Positions 35,652-47,714 of a stretch of 64,000 bases of DNA are shown in pieces (within the stretch, counting starts at the first letter, position 1; every line of letters starts with the position of its first letter). The translations under genes were made by a program, and so were the position numbers. The notes beneath the pieces were generated by a model that did no database searches, was not told where the DNA came from, and saw only the letters and a program-made list of their open reading frames with translations. Origin of the DNA: Mantamonas sphyraenae STR306 (taxonomy: Eukaryota > Protista > CRuMs); the NCBI GenBank assembly GCA_026936335.1, contig JAPMXV010000056.1, forward strand, positions 186,001 through 250,000, read 5' to 3'.

Positions 35652-36605
35652 TCACGATGTCTTGTCCCAGTCACCGTAGGAAGACTGTGCACCTGCGCGC
35701 GTGACGCTGATGGAGGCGTGGAATTGGCCCACATCGATGGCCTTGGCCCAGTCCTCCATGCTTGCGCGGCCGTCCTCCACACAGTCGGCCAGCACTGCAC
35801 ACATGCTGCCCGTAAACGCGTCTCCGGCACCCGTGGTGTCCACCACAGAGTGCACCGCGTGACTTTCCAGGTGCAGGCTGCGCTCTGCATCCACATACAG
35901 GGCACCGTGTGCACCCAGGGTGACCACCAACACCAGATCCTTGTGTTGTTCAACAAAGGCCTGTGCCAAATCCATGGAGCTCTGCACCAAGTTGTCACGG
36001 TCCACTTGGCCGTCGCACAGCACCTCCAGCTCGGTTTCGTTGGGCACCAGCACGTCGACACAGGCCAGAAGCTCCTTGGCAAGTGGTTCGGTGAGAGGGG
36101 CCGGGTTGAGCACACGCAGGGCGTTGGGGTTGCTCTCAAACGCACGCACGGTTGTGTCGACGCTGGTTTCCAACTGGGCAAGGAGCACAGCAGCGCCCTC
36201 CACCTCTGTCTGCGCCGCCTCGACATCGCCGGTCGACAAAAGGGCATTTGCACCTGCAGTCAACACAATGGTGTTCTCGCCGTCGCTCTCCTGCACCACA
36301 ATGGTGGCAATGCCGGTGGTGATGTTTTCGCAGCGGCGAACGTGCGTGGTGTCCACCCCTGCAGCCTGCATGCGCTCCACAATCTGGTCGGCGTAGCTGT
36401 CCGAGCCCACACAGCTCAGGAACCGCACGTGGGTGTTGTTGGTTGCGGTCAGCGCTGCGGCCACGGCCTGGTTGGCTCCTTTGCCGCCAAAGTGCACTTC
36501 AAAACCGCTCCCGTGCACCGTTTGTCCCGGCTTGGGGAAGGCGGCCACCTTGACTACGTGATCCACATTGCTGGATCCAATGACCATCAGGTCGCGTGAC
36601 GACAT
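35652..36605 (-). CDS. RBKS: Ribokinase (PfkB family)
   Basis: VIGSSNVD, FGGKGANQAVAA, VLNPAP, PNETE, VTLGAHG, VVDTTGAGDAF. Confidence 0.93.
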   Translation of the reverse strand: MSSRDLMVIGSSNVDHVVKVAAFPKPGQTVHGSGFEVHFGGKGANQAVAAALTATNNTHVRFLSCVGSDSYADQIVERMQAAGVDTTHVRRCENITTGIATIVVQESDGENTIVLTAGANALLSTGDVEAAQTEVEGAAVLLAQLETSVDTTVRAFESNPNALRVLNPAPLTEPLAKELLACVDVLVPNETELEVLCDGQVDRDNLVQSSMDLAQAFVEQHKDLVLVVTLGAHGALYVDAERSLHLESHAVHSVVDTTGAGDAFTGSMCAVLADCVEDGRASMEDWAKAIDVGQFHASISVTRAGAQSSYGDWDKTS

Positions 36606-36662
36606 GCTGTTTCTGTGAGTGCAGTGATTTGAATGGGGCCCTGTCCGCAGGCAGACCCACCG

Positions 36663-37485
36663 ATGTCCCGTCGTCACCCGCAGCAGCCCCTCACATCCAC
36701 TCCGCAGCAGCCACCCTTGTCGTCGTCTTCGTCACCCCCGTCTCACTCCCAGGACATGCGGGGGGAGGGGGAGAGGCAGGTTGTGCGAAGCAATGTGGTG
36801 GCCACCAAGCAGACGGATTTGTTGCAGATTGCCGGCACCGCTCTGGGTCAGGTTCCGGGCGTCCTCAAGGCCGTCTACTCACTTGTGGCCAAGGACGCCG
36901 TGCGCCTGTGGGATTCTTTTGCTGCCCAAGGCGTCATCAGCGTGCAGAGGCTGACCACATTGGCCTTTGTGCACCTGTACGGCGACGATGCATCGCTTTC
37001 TCTCGAAGGTGCGCGCGCTCTTGGGTGCTTCGACCGCCCTGGGCCGAGCGAGGGGCACGGAACGACACTGACACAACCGTGCTCACACTCATCTCATTCA
37101 CATCCCGCTTGCGCGTCTTCCCATGCACACTGTGCGACGCACCGCAGAACTACACAACCTGGAACACAACCTGGCGTCGTTGAACGGCCAGGATCGCACC
37201 TTGGCCATGCGCGATCTGCTGGAACACGCGCGCAATCCAGGCACATGGGCCATGCTGAGCAAGTATGCTAGCACAGCACTCCTCTTCCAACTCAGCCGCC
37301 AGGACGACGATGCAGTCTGGCTGCGTGCCTCCACGGTGCTCCTCGTCCGCTCTCGCTACTTTCTCCTCGCCATCCTTTACTTTGCCTTCTTCCTCCTCCG
37401 TGACCTACGCCGCCAACCCGGTTTGTACCTACTCGCCATTGTGTTTGGACCCCTGTTGCGTCGTGGACGTGGCGGTTCTTCCTGA
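36663..37485 (+). CDS. Hypothetical protein with C-terminal hydrophobic segment (2 exons, intron ~37009-37148)
   Basis: Two open frames joined by a GTGCGC..CTGAC..GCAG intron. No recognised domain. Confidence 0.45.
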
Positions 37486-37682
37486 GGAGGTGTGTCTCCC
37501 GCGCCACGCCATTCTCCCAGAGTGGAGGACAACTCGCTGCTCCAGCTACGCTTCAGCGTTCCAGAAGAGTGAAGCGCGTGTGGTTGGGCCTGTGGCCTGT
37601 GCAATGCAGAGTGACCCAACGACATCCAATCTAAACAAAAGCCGTTCAACGTTTCGTCGTCACTCCAGGCTCGTTTCCACCC

Positions 37683-38537
37683 ATGAAGTATGCATCCACG
37701 GTCACCATGTTCATGTCGTTGCATGCACTGACACCCTCCTCGTGCAGTATCCTGCCAAAGAAGTCCTGGCATGTGTGGCGGAAAGAAAACCTCGAGCGCA
37801 TCGAGCGCGACGAACGCGAGCATGAAGAGAAACAGAAGCGCAAACGGGAGGCACAGGCACAGGCAGAGTCGGAGCTACGCATGCAAGCCCTGCGCTCGTC
37901 TGTGAAAAGGCGGAAGGTGAGCGCGGAAGGCGAGACACCGGGTCACGACGACGACGCCCCCCTCAGCGACCACGAGGACAAGCCTGCACATATCAACCTG
38001 TTTCAACGGGAGGAAAACAACCACGTGGCTGGGTACGAAGAGAACCAGGAGCGCACCAAGGCCAGGAAGCGAGCAGAAACGGAGAAGCAGCTGCGACGCT
38101 TTCATCTTCTCCTTGGCCAGACTGCCATCGACACAGAAAAGAACAAGCCGTTCTACCTAAAGACACACAGCGAAAACACAAGTGCCTCCTCATCCTCATC
38201 CTCGTCCTCGTCCTCCACCATCCGCCAGGCCGTCGAGCAGAAGCAGCAACAGCTCGTCGACCCGCTTGGAGACATCCACCGTCACAAGTCCACAAAGAAA
38301 AAGGCCCAACGCTTGCAAGAGAAGCGCGCACAGCAGGCCAAGCGCCTCGCAAGTCGCCACAAGCTCCTCAGGAAGCTCAAGGATCAACCGCCGGAGGTCA
38401 AACGGCTCTACGCGCACAAATTACGGCTAAAGGGCCTCCACACAGAAGCAGACATCATCGAGGATGCAGTTCGGGAAGAAGCAGGCATGTACAGCAGCGG
38501 AAGTGGCTTTGGCGACTACGCCAAGAGTGGTCGATGA
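37683..38537 (+). CDS. LENG1: LENG1-like CIR N-terminal domain protein
   Basis: ATGAA|GTATGC..GCAG|T gives MNILPKKSWHVWRKENLERIERDE. HINLF and DPL motifs present. Confidence 0.85.
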   Translation: MKYASTVTMFMSLHALTPSSCSILPKKSWHVWRKENLERIERDEREHEEKQKRKREAQAQAESELRMQALRSSVKRRKVSAEGETPGHDDDAPLSDHEDKPAHINLFQREENNHVAGYEENQERTKARKRAETEKQLRRFHLLLGQTAIDTEKNKPFYLKTHSENTSASSSSSSSSSSTIRQAVEQKQQQLVDPLGDIHRHKSTKKKAQRLQEKRAQQAKRLASRHKLLRKLKDQPPEVKRLYAHKLRLKGLHTEADIIEDAVREEAGMYSSGSGFGDYAKSGR

Positions 38538-38540
38538 AGT

Positions 38541-39311
38541 TCATTCGCCTTTTTCTTCCTTCGCCAGGCTCTCGAGCACCTCTTTGTCGGTCGGCAGGTC
38601 CTTGGGGTCGAGCATGAGTCCCTCGCCCTTGCACAGTTTCAGCATGCGCTCCAAATATTGCCGCATGCCTGCGTCCTTGCCGCCCATCCACAGCACAAAC
38701 CGGAACAGGGGAACGTGCCATGTGCCGTTGCGCACCTCGATGTTTTGGAACATGTGCACCAAGCTGTGTGTGCGAGTCGGGTGCGTGTGGGCTGTGTGTT
38801 AGTCGTCGTGGGTCGAATACACACGATTGTTGCTCGCGGGAACTTTTTCGGGAACTCACGTTTTTGCTCCCTCTTCCACAGGATACATGCGGATCGTCAC
38901 CTGCGCCGTCATGGGCACCTCGGAATCAGTCATTACCCGCTCCACGATGCGCATGTCCGTATCGCTGGAGCCCTTGTCCTGGGAGACTACGCGGACGGTG
39001 ATCACCGACGAGCCCATGTCCTCTCGCCACTCCTTGAGCTCCTCTCCGGGCTGGTCGGGCACCTGCATGGCACGCATTTGATCTCCCGACATGTGAAGCT
39101 TGCTGACATCGTGCACCATCTCCCACACCTCGTCCACCGTCCTATTCACGACCGCATACGCCTGGCCGTAGTGCTGTGCCCCAGCCACAAACTGTCCCAG
39201 CAGCACCACCCCAATCACAAACAGCACCAGCAGCGCAAAGAAGTACACAATGTACTGTCCGCTTCCCAGTGCCTCCCATTCCTGGGACAGATAGTGCTGG
39301 ATGCCTGGCAT
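38541..39311 (-). CDS. SRPBCC/START-fold protein with N-terminal TM helix (2 exons)
   Basis: TM helix, then AVVNRTVDEVWEMV..EWREDMG..IVERVM..IRMYPVEEG..PLFRFV and a C-terminal helix MRQYLERML. Confidence 0.55.
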
Positions 39312-39375
39312 TGTCTGGTGGTTTGCTGTGTCTCCCCCTTCGCATCCAACCATTACCCCCCCCCCCCTGGCACAC

Positions 39376-40611
39376 ATGTCCACCTCTGAGCAGCCCACAT
39401 CGTTTCACCAGCGTGTGCTTCCGGAGAAGTGCATCGCGTATGGCAGCCAGGAGGGCAAGAGCCTGTTTGCAAGTGCGTTGGCACAGGGCAACATGGAGTC
39501 CTTTTTCCTTCTCAGCCAGCAATTCCTCACGCAGGCCGAACCTGCTTTCTGCGGCCTCACCACCCTGTGTATGGTGCTCAACGCCCTCCACATCGACCCC
39601 GAGCGCGTGTGGAAGGGGCCTTGGCGCTGGTTTGCCGAAGAGTTTCTCGACTGCTGCGTCAGCCTCGAACTCGCAAAGAAGCAGGGCATCACCTTTGACG
39701 AGTTTGCATGCCTGGCACGCTGCAACCGTGCACCCACCATCCGCACCTTTCGCGGCGACCAGCTTTCCGTCGACGACTTCCGCACGCTCGTCCGAGCCTG
39801 TGTTTCCCACACAAACATGCCCATGGTTATTTCCTACAGCCGCAAGGCCCTGGGACAGACCGGCGATGGCCACTTCTCTCCCATTGGCGGCTACGATGAG
39901 GACACCGACAAGGTGCTCATCCTCGACGTGGCCCGTTTCAAGTACCCTGCCCACTGGGTCGACCTGAGCGTCGTCCACGAAGCTCTCGGGTACCTCGACT
40001 CGACCACAGGGCGTGCACGTGGCGTCGTTATCTTCAACAGCATCTACCTGGACACGAGCGACGGCGAAAGCGCCTCCTCCTCCTCCGCATCCGACTCTGA
40101 AGGCTCTGAAGACGAGGACATGCAGCAGGAGTCCCAACCGCCCTTGTTTACACTGCACACCACCTTTCGCACGTGGAGCACCGATCGTCAGACATGGGTG
40201 TCTGCGGCCGTGCCCACAGACGAAGCAGAAGGAGACAACGCAGACTCTCTCGTCTCACTGGTCAAGCACGTCTGCTCCGACGACCAGCTGGTGTCGCTCA
40301 TCTCCCTCAATGACTTGGGTGTCAAAGCCATGGCCGAGAGTGCGGACGATGAATTCATCCAAGAGGCGCGTGAGCAGCTGGAAACGAGCGAGCTGTTTGC
40401 TCTGGTTGCCCAGCATCGTGAGAAGCAGCACGGTCGCTACATCCAAGCCACCCTCCTTGTGCTCCTTCTCATCGAGTCCATGGACGTGTTTGAGTCCCTG
40501 CGCTCGGACAAGCGCTTGCCCACCCTGGGCCCGTTCTGGAAGCTGCAGATGACTCATCTGCAAGCCCAGCTCGACGCTCTCGAGCACAACTGCGGCTGCT
40601 GTGGCAACTAG
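39376..40611 (+). CDS. PCS: Phytochelatin synthase
   Basis: TQAEPAFCGLTTLCMVLNAL, WKGPWRWF, GQTGDGHFSPIGGY, LILDVARFKYP (Cys-His-Asp triad); Cys-rich end CGCCGN. Confidence 0.95.
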   Translation: MSTSEQPTSFHQRVLPEKCIAYGSQEGKSLFASALAQGNMESFFLLSQQFLTQAEPAFCGLTTLCMVLNALHIDPERVWKGPWRWFAEEFLDCCVSLELAKKQGITFDEFACLARCNRAPTIRTFRGDQLSVDDFRTLVRACVSHTNMPMVISYSRKALGQTGDGHFSPIGGYDEDTDKVLILDVARFKYPAHWVDLSVVHEALGYLDSTTGRARGVVIFNSIYLDTSDGESASSSSASDSEGSEDEDMQQESQPPLFTLHTTFRTWSTDRQTWVSAAVPTDEAEGDNADSLVSLVKHVCSDDQLVSLISLNDLGVKAMAESADDEFIQEAREQLETSELFALVAQHREKQHGRYIQATLLVLLLIESMDVFESLRSDKRLPTLGPFWKLQMTHLQAQLDALEHNCGCCGN

Positions 40612-40666
40612 GGACATTGCAGAGGCAGACACAAGCAATGAAGAAATATTCAGGGGAAATCACCTC

Positions 40667-41518
40667 TCATTTGCTGCCAAACCAGCCGAGTTCTCCACCC
40701 ACCGCGGCGATCAAGTCGTCAACGCCGTTCTGCACCAGAGCAGACCCCGACAGGAAATGCACAGGGTTGTCCAGGTGCTCAAATTCAAACGCCTGTCCCT
40801 CCTTGCCGATCCTCCGCTGCTGCGTTTGCTCCTCGCCGCCCAGAGAGGCCATGGACGAGGTGCGGGTCTTGCGCAACTCCTCCAGTTCCTTCTCCAGGCT
40901 CTTGCAAATGTACGACGGCTTCTTGGCCGTCTCTTTCAGGTCTGCCTTGTTGCAAAACACCAGCAGCGGCACCTTGCTATCCTGTACACGCGGTTCCACC
41001 AGCAGGTCATACAGCAGGCTGCGCGGAAGAGTGGGTGTCGCCCGAGCACGCCGCCACGTGTCAGCTCCAATGATCCTCCCATTCCGGCTCTGCACACTTG
41101 CTGACACCTGCCTCACCCTCGCCACTTACTCTGCCACCGCACTTTTGTCGTCCACAAACGACACTGAATCCACGCAGAAGACCACCACGCCGGCCAGGGG
41201 CAGAAATTGGTTCAGCTGCGGACGCAATCGAGGATGACCCGGAAAATCCACCACCTGCGTCTTTGTGTTGTTTCCTTTGGCCTTGAGCTGCACAGGCACA
41301 AACGTTTCGTCGTTTTCCTCCATGGACGTGTGTGTGGTCACAGTCTGGTCGTCGCGCAGCCTGAAGAAGAGCTGCGTCTTGCCCGAGCCGCACGCGCCGA
41401 CCAGCAACACGGCGTCGCCGGGCTTGCTCGACACCAGCTTCGAACCACCACCCATGGTCATGAAGAGTGCCACAACCACCACAACCACAATCACCACAAT
41501 CAGTGTAGTCGTGTCCAT
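40667..41518 (-). CDS. SRPRB: Signal recognition particle receptor beta subunit (2 exons)
   Basis: N-terminal TM, VLLVGACGSGKTQLF, THTSM, VDFPGHPRLR, LLVFCNKAD, LEKELEELRKTR. Confidence 0.92.
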
Positions 41519-41584
41519 GTCAATGTCGCAGGTTCGGGTGCCTGCGGCCTCGCCGCCAAACACTGCGGGGGCCCATTCTGTGCG

Positions 41585-44500
41585 ATGTCGGAGGAGGATG
41601 CATTCCGCTTCCCCATCAAGAGCCGCACGGGTTTTGTGTACACAGCGGGAAAGCGCAGTAGTGCCCTGGCCATGCGCACCACCTCGCGTCAGGGCAAGGC
41701 CACGCCTCGCGACTCCCAAGGCCGACCCTTGGGCACACGCAACCTCCAGTCCACGCTGGGCAAATCCGAAATGGAACGCGACCTTGAACATAGGTACCAG
41801 AACATCGATAGCCGCGACCTCTTTGATCTCAAGCCCGTCAAGAGCCTCGACGCCTACACTGTACGTCCCCGCCGCGGCGAGCCGTTGCGCGGCTCGCTGG
41901 TCCCCACCTCGATCGGCGCCTGCGGCTCATTGCGACCGTTCTTGGGCCAATTCCTACCGCGTGTGTATTCTAGACGCATCACAGACACTGACACGCAGGC
42001 TTCACACATGCACACGCGACACCCACAGGAAGAGCGAGAAAAGTCCAACAAGGAAGCAGGTGAGTGGATGCCCACACACCTCCACCCCACTCTCCCTTCC
42101 CACACACACACACACACACAGCACCATGAGCCATCACCACCACGCACCACGCACCACGCACCACGCACTCACACGGAGAGACATGGACGCCAAAACACAC
42201 AGGGTCGTCGTCGTCGCGAGGAACGTCTGCGTCGGAGCGTTCGAGCGGCAAGCGGGACTCGCGGAAGAAGCGAGACAAGAGCTCTGGGAGCAAGTCGCGA
42301 CTGAACAGCGCACTTGTGGAGGACATTGTACAAACACTGGTGGCAGAGGTGCAGGACATGCCGGGGATGTCGCTGCAAGACAAGCAGGATTTCATTTCGC
42401 AGTTCATGAACGAGGTGGTGGCGCAGGGTGAGTCGCTGCCAGACAGGCACGACTTTTTCACCGAACGGGGCTTCAGCACAGAACAGAACGCAGAGCTGGA
42501 GCGGCGTGTGATGGCACAGGTGATTCGTAAGCGTGCAGAGGTAACGCGCAAGTTTGACGCACGCAAGAAGAAGCTGGACCAGAACCTGATCTTTGACAGC
42601 AGCGTGAATCAGGCGCGTGTCCAATCCATGTTGCGGGTGGAGTTGAAGCGCAAGATCGACATCGAAGCCATCCGCGCACAGGTGCTGGAGCAGATGTACG
42701 CCGAGATGGCTGCCGAGGAACAGGCACGCAAGCAACTCCTGGACGACTCGCTGCAGTTTGAACGCCAGGGAATCAAGAGTATCATTGAGGGGGCGCCGTC
42801 AGCACGCACCGCCGAGGATCTCAAGCAGATGCTGGGCATGTCGCGCACCGAAAGCTCCAGCTCGACGTCGGGCACGACCGAATCAGAGGTGGTGAACGAC
42901 AAGCCCGTCCTGTCGGGCGTCACCAGAGTCAACGCCGTAGGAGGGGGTGGGTTGACCAAGGGCAAGCGCAGGCGGAAGAACCTGAGCGTGCGCATCGCAC
43001 CTCGCGTGGCCTCAACGTTCCACTTTGACGACGATCTGCTGCCGGGCCTGGAGCCTGTGCCGGGCCTGGAGGGTGAACCGGGAGCAGTGACCATCCCTGC
43101 AGGCCGCACGGTGGAGGAGGAGGAGGAAGCCGAAGAGGCCAGGCAAGAGGAGCTCAAGAAGCAGGCGTTGGCAAAGAAGGAACGTGAGGAGGAGGAGGAG
43201 CGCAAAAAGCGAGAGGCTGCCGCTGCTGCTGCTGCCATGGCTGAAGCAGAGGCAAAGGCCAAAGCCAAGCTGGAAGCGGAAGCAAAAGCAAAGGCCGAGG
43301 AGGAGGCCAAGGCCAAAGCGCAAATTCCACCGTCGATGCCTCTGCCCCCGCCGCCCACACGACCTCTGCCAGCGCCACCGTCAGTCACGATTACGCAGGC
43401 CACGGAGGAGGAAGGGAAACACGAGAAGGGGGGCACAGTGGAGAGTGAGAAGAACGCAAAGGTGGACGACGTCGTTGCACAACCAACACCGAGCACCAGT
43501 GCCACCGAGGCATCTCAGAAACAGAAACAGACACGGCCAACATCGGCCGCATCAGAACGAAGTGTGACGGTGCACGACGATACGGGAAAGCCATTCAGCA
43601 TCGAGCAGCAACGACGCACAGACACGCTAAAGGTGGATGGCACAAGCAGTAGCAAGGGCGGCAAGGGTGGCCACAGCAACAACAAACGCGTGCGTGTGAC
43701 AAAGGGTGGCAAGGCCGGACGTCGCGGCGGACGTGCGACGGGCAAGGGCCGCCGACGAGGTGGCGGCGCACGTGGACGGAAGAGAAACACAACCACGCGG
43801 CCAGACTCGATCCTCAGTTTCCATTTGCAGTCGCCAACGCCGACCATGGAGGCGGAGAGGCATGCACTGATGGAGGATGAGGAACGACGGCAGAAGCGGG
43901 AGATGATGAATCCGGTGGAACGCGCAGAGCTGATCCGGCTGGAACAGCGCGAGTTTATCCGCGGGGCGTCGCGTATCGGTGCCTGGGCTCGCGACTGGAG
44001 CGACATTCTGCCCAGCAACGAGGAGCTGGGCAATGCGCCGCTGGAGTTTGTCGGAGACGAGGAAGACATGAGGCTGATCCAAGAAATCATCAACCAGGAA
44101 CCGCTGTTGCGCGAGATCAATCCGGAAGGCAAAGAGGTGCCCATCATGGTGGAGGAGATCATGATGGACTTTGACGACTTGCAAAACATGCTGGACGAGG
44201 ACAGGCGGCGTGTCGAGGAGGAGGAGCAGCAGTCCGAGGCGGCCTCGCCTTGGGTGCCCACTGGCACACGCGCATCAACCTTGTCGTCCGCCGCCGCCAT
44301 AGGCTCGTCGTCGTCGGGATCGTCGTCGGGATCGACGTCCTCGACGCTCAAGACGTCCGGAAGCGGTACGACACCCAAATATGCGACTATCGACGAGGCC
44401 AAGCATCAGGTGTCTGTGTCACGACGGGTGGGACTCAAGTACATCCCTCACATGAAGTACGACAAGATGATGAACAACCTGACGGACGAGCTGAATCCGA

Positions 44501-47500
44501 AAAGCACGCTGGAGGAGGAAAACGCACGCTTCCTGTTCTACCTAGAGGGCGATGTGAAACGCAAGATGAAAGAGTCGGATGTGCCGGAAGAGGTGCTACG
44601 CAACATCCAGAGCGAGTTTCCGTCGACATTCAAGCACCAGCAGGTGACGCGTGTGCAAGCCGCGCGCGCGGCTGAGTCACGCGTTTCTCCGCGCATCTCC
44701 AAAGTGGTGGTGCCGATGAAGATTCGCATGGCCAAGGGCACCCACGACCAGGACTTCCAACTCAAGACTGCCCAGTTCCTGGCCGCCGTCGAGAACAAGT
44801 TCACAAACGTCAAGCGCATCCAGCAGCTGTTTGAGATTGTCCTGGAGGCCGACGAGCAAACCTTCCTGAAGCCGCTGCACAGCGACTTTCCGCCACTGAC
44901 CACAGCCAAGGTGACCCTGGGCGCGGACGTGGACATCATGGCACGTCACAGGCGATACAGGGGCGGACTGGGAGCACGCGACTTTGTGGCCTACGTACTC
45001 AAGCAGGACACCGACGCGCTGCGCATCGCCTTCCAAAGCAAAAAGGGCGGCGGAGGCAGTAGCAGCAGCAATGCAGGCACCGCCAAGCGCACGGTCACGT
45101 CGACTGTGCAGCGAGAGGTCGGACGCAGCCTGTCATTGAGCCAATCGCTCAAGTCGTTGCAGGAGACCGGCAGCAGCGGCGACGGGACGCCGATGTCACC
45201 CAAGGGAAGGAAGGGGAGGAAGGCGGGCAAGGGTGTGGGTGGTGGCGACGACGAGGAAGAGGAAGGGAGGCAACCGGGCATGGTGGCAGGGTTCGCACGA
45301 CGTTTCACGGGCGTGCCCGAGGTGATCCGCCCTGCACGCAAGAGCAGCGCCGACGACGAAGCAGAGGCTGGCAAGGGAGGAAAAGGCGGTGGGGAGGATG
45401 GCAAGCTGGGTGTGGGAGGCAGCGGTGCAGATTCGACGGAACGGCAATTGCAGCGCCGATTGTCGGGCCACTCGCGTGAGGATGGCAACGAGAACCGAAG
45501 TAGAGGCGGCGGGGGTGGTGCAGACGCACCATCGGGCACAGTCAGCATGTCGTTTGCAAGCTACCGGCGTTCATTGTCGATGCAAAACGACGAGGACGAC
45601 GACGGGAGCGAGGAGGACAACCGGCGGGAGAGTGGAGGCAACAAGGACGAAGCGTTGGCACGCATGGCAGCCGCACAGACCCCCGACCTGCCTGCGTCGC
45701 CTGGAAGGAAGGGCAACGAGGGTGGCGGCAAGGCGGAGGAAGAGGAGCCCGAGGAGATGTCACCGGCGTACATTGAACAACTGAACAAGTTCCGGGGCAT
45801 GCTGCAAGACCGGCTGAATGTGGTGTGGAAGCGGCTGGGATCGAGCTCGCACACAAAGCTTCAGATGGCGCTGAAGTTTAGCAAGCCGGACAATCTGGCA
45901 CACATGAACAAGGAGCTGCTGCTGTGGGAGGACGCCAGCAAATGGGTGGCGAAGCGTGAGGAGGTGCTGGAGGAGCTGACCGAGTTTGAACGGGTGGCAT
46001 CGGATCCTCGACGTCTCATGGGCTCGTCGCGAGGACGACTGGACGAAGAGCGCAAACGACGACTGTTCCACCGCAAGCTGGTGCTGCTCAAGGGCAAGGT
46101 GGTGCCCTTGCTGCTGCAACTGCAGCATGAGTACGGAGAAATCCTCCTGTACTACCGCAGACCGTACATCGAAAAGATCGAAGTCGACCAGACGGAACTT
46201 CTGTACGTGCTTCAGCAGGAGCGGTTGTCCAAGGAAGGTCTGACTGCACCGTCTACCGCGTCGGGACGCCGGTCTCGTTCGCCTGCGGCAGGACCCCGTT
46301 ACGGGAACAGCCCAACAGGCGCTGAACACGCAGGAGGAGGCATGCCGGGAGCCCTACTCCACACGGCACCGGGCGCTGTGTTGGGTAGAGACGACGTTGC
46401 AGCGACGGCTGAACGAGGCAACACGGCGGGACCGCGATCGTTGCAAGCACGCACGGTTCAGATGTTGGGCGGCTCGTCTGCAATCCCCATGGCCATGGGA
46501 GGCGGCGGTGGGGGGGTCAACACCACACGCGGAAAACCACGACCGAGTGCGGCCGTGCAGCGACAAAAGCAGCAGCAACGATGGGATGCTGCCCACAAGG
46601 CAGGAAATGCAGGTGTGAGCGCGGCCACACGACGGGTGATGCACGGTGGTGGGACTGTGGGTGGTATGGTGGACGATGAAGACGACGACGACGACGACGA
46701 TGATGACGACGACGATGATGATGATGATGACGACGACGGCGTGTATGGCGACGACGAGGCAGGCGGTGTGGGCGTGAGTGAGGCAGATGAGCATGACGTA
46801 GACGTGCGCTTCAGCAAACACGTGGCGTCTGCAGCGCGTTTGCGCGACGCAGGGATGCAACGCGGTGGCGTGCAGCGTCGGTTTGGGAGCGGATTCATTC
46901 CGACGCCCGCGGTGGCAGAAGCAGCAGGTGGTGGCGATGGCCCGCGTGCGGGGCCCATAGGTGCACGTCGCTCCTCTGTGGCTGTGGGTCGCATGTCGCA
47001 CCTGGGTGAAGGCCGAGGGGGCGTCAGCATCGATTCGATTGTGTCGTTGCGTCAGCGCCGCGAGCGTGCGCTGACCATCGGCAGCCAGGATGACAACGTG
47101 CTGGTGAACAGCGTGAGCATGATGAGCGACGGCTCGTCGGACGACATGGACGGACGTGGGGGCTCACGTGCTGGGATGATTCGTCACCAGAGCTTGCGCA
47201 ATCTCAACAGCGGCAGTCCGCTGCTGGGGGTCGACGACGACATTTCGCTGGGCGCAGACACCGGTAGCGACAGCGAGAGGACAAACAACGACGGCGGCCG
47301 ATGGTCTTTTGCAGCCCACCAGCTCCACCACCGTCCATCTGGATCTTCTCGAGCGGCAGATGACCGTAGACACGGAGTACACCACCGACGACGACGACCA
47401 TTCGCACACAGTACACACTGCAGATGCGAGCGAGTCCATTACAGGCAACAACAACGGGGACACACAGGTCATCGGGTCTCGTCTGTCCTCACTCGTTGCA

Positions 47501-47668
47501 GGCGGGCAGGTGCCAATGGCCAAACGGTATACCAGACTCTCACCCGAGCCCATCCGCAGACCAATGGGTGGACCTGGCATGTTGCAGAAGCAAGACTCGT
47601 CTGCAAGCATGTTTTCGGGAGTGGCGACGTTGAGCACGCGAAGCACGCGACAGAGCACAGATCAATGA
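41585..47668 (+). CDS. Large low-complexity protein with a CCDC87-like domain (~45770-46230); 5' exon structure inferred; apparent indels ~42310 and ~47296
   Basis: LQDRLNVVWKRL..KLQMALKFS..WE..REEVLEELTEFERVASDPRRL..EERKRRLFHRKL..YGE..RPYIEKIEVDQTELLYVLQQER resembles the CCDC87 C-terminal region. Upstream exons ~41585-41860 and ~42029-42059 have GT/AG ends. Confidence 0.6.
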
Positions 47669-47714
47669 CTGAATGAAGTGCATTCCTTTCCCCTCCCCGT
47701 GACTTTTCTGCTGC

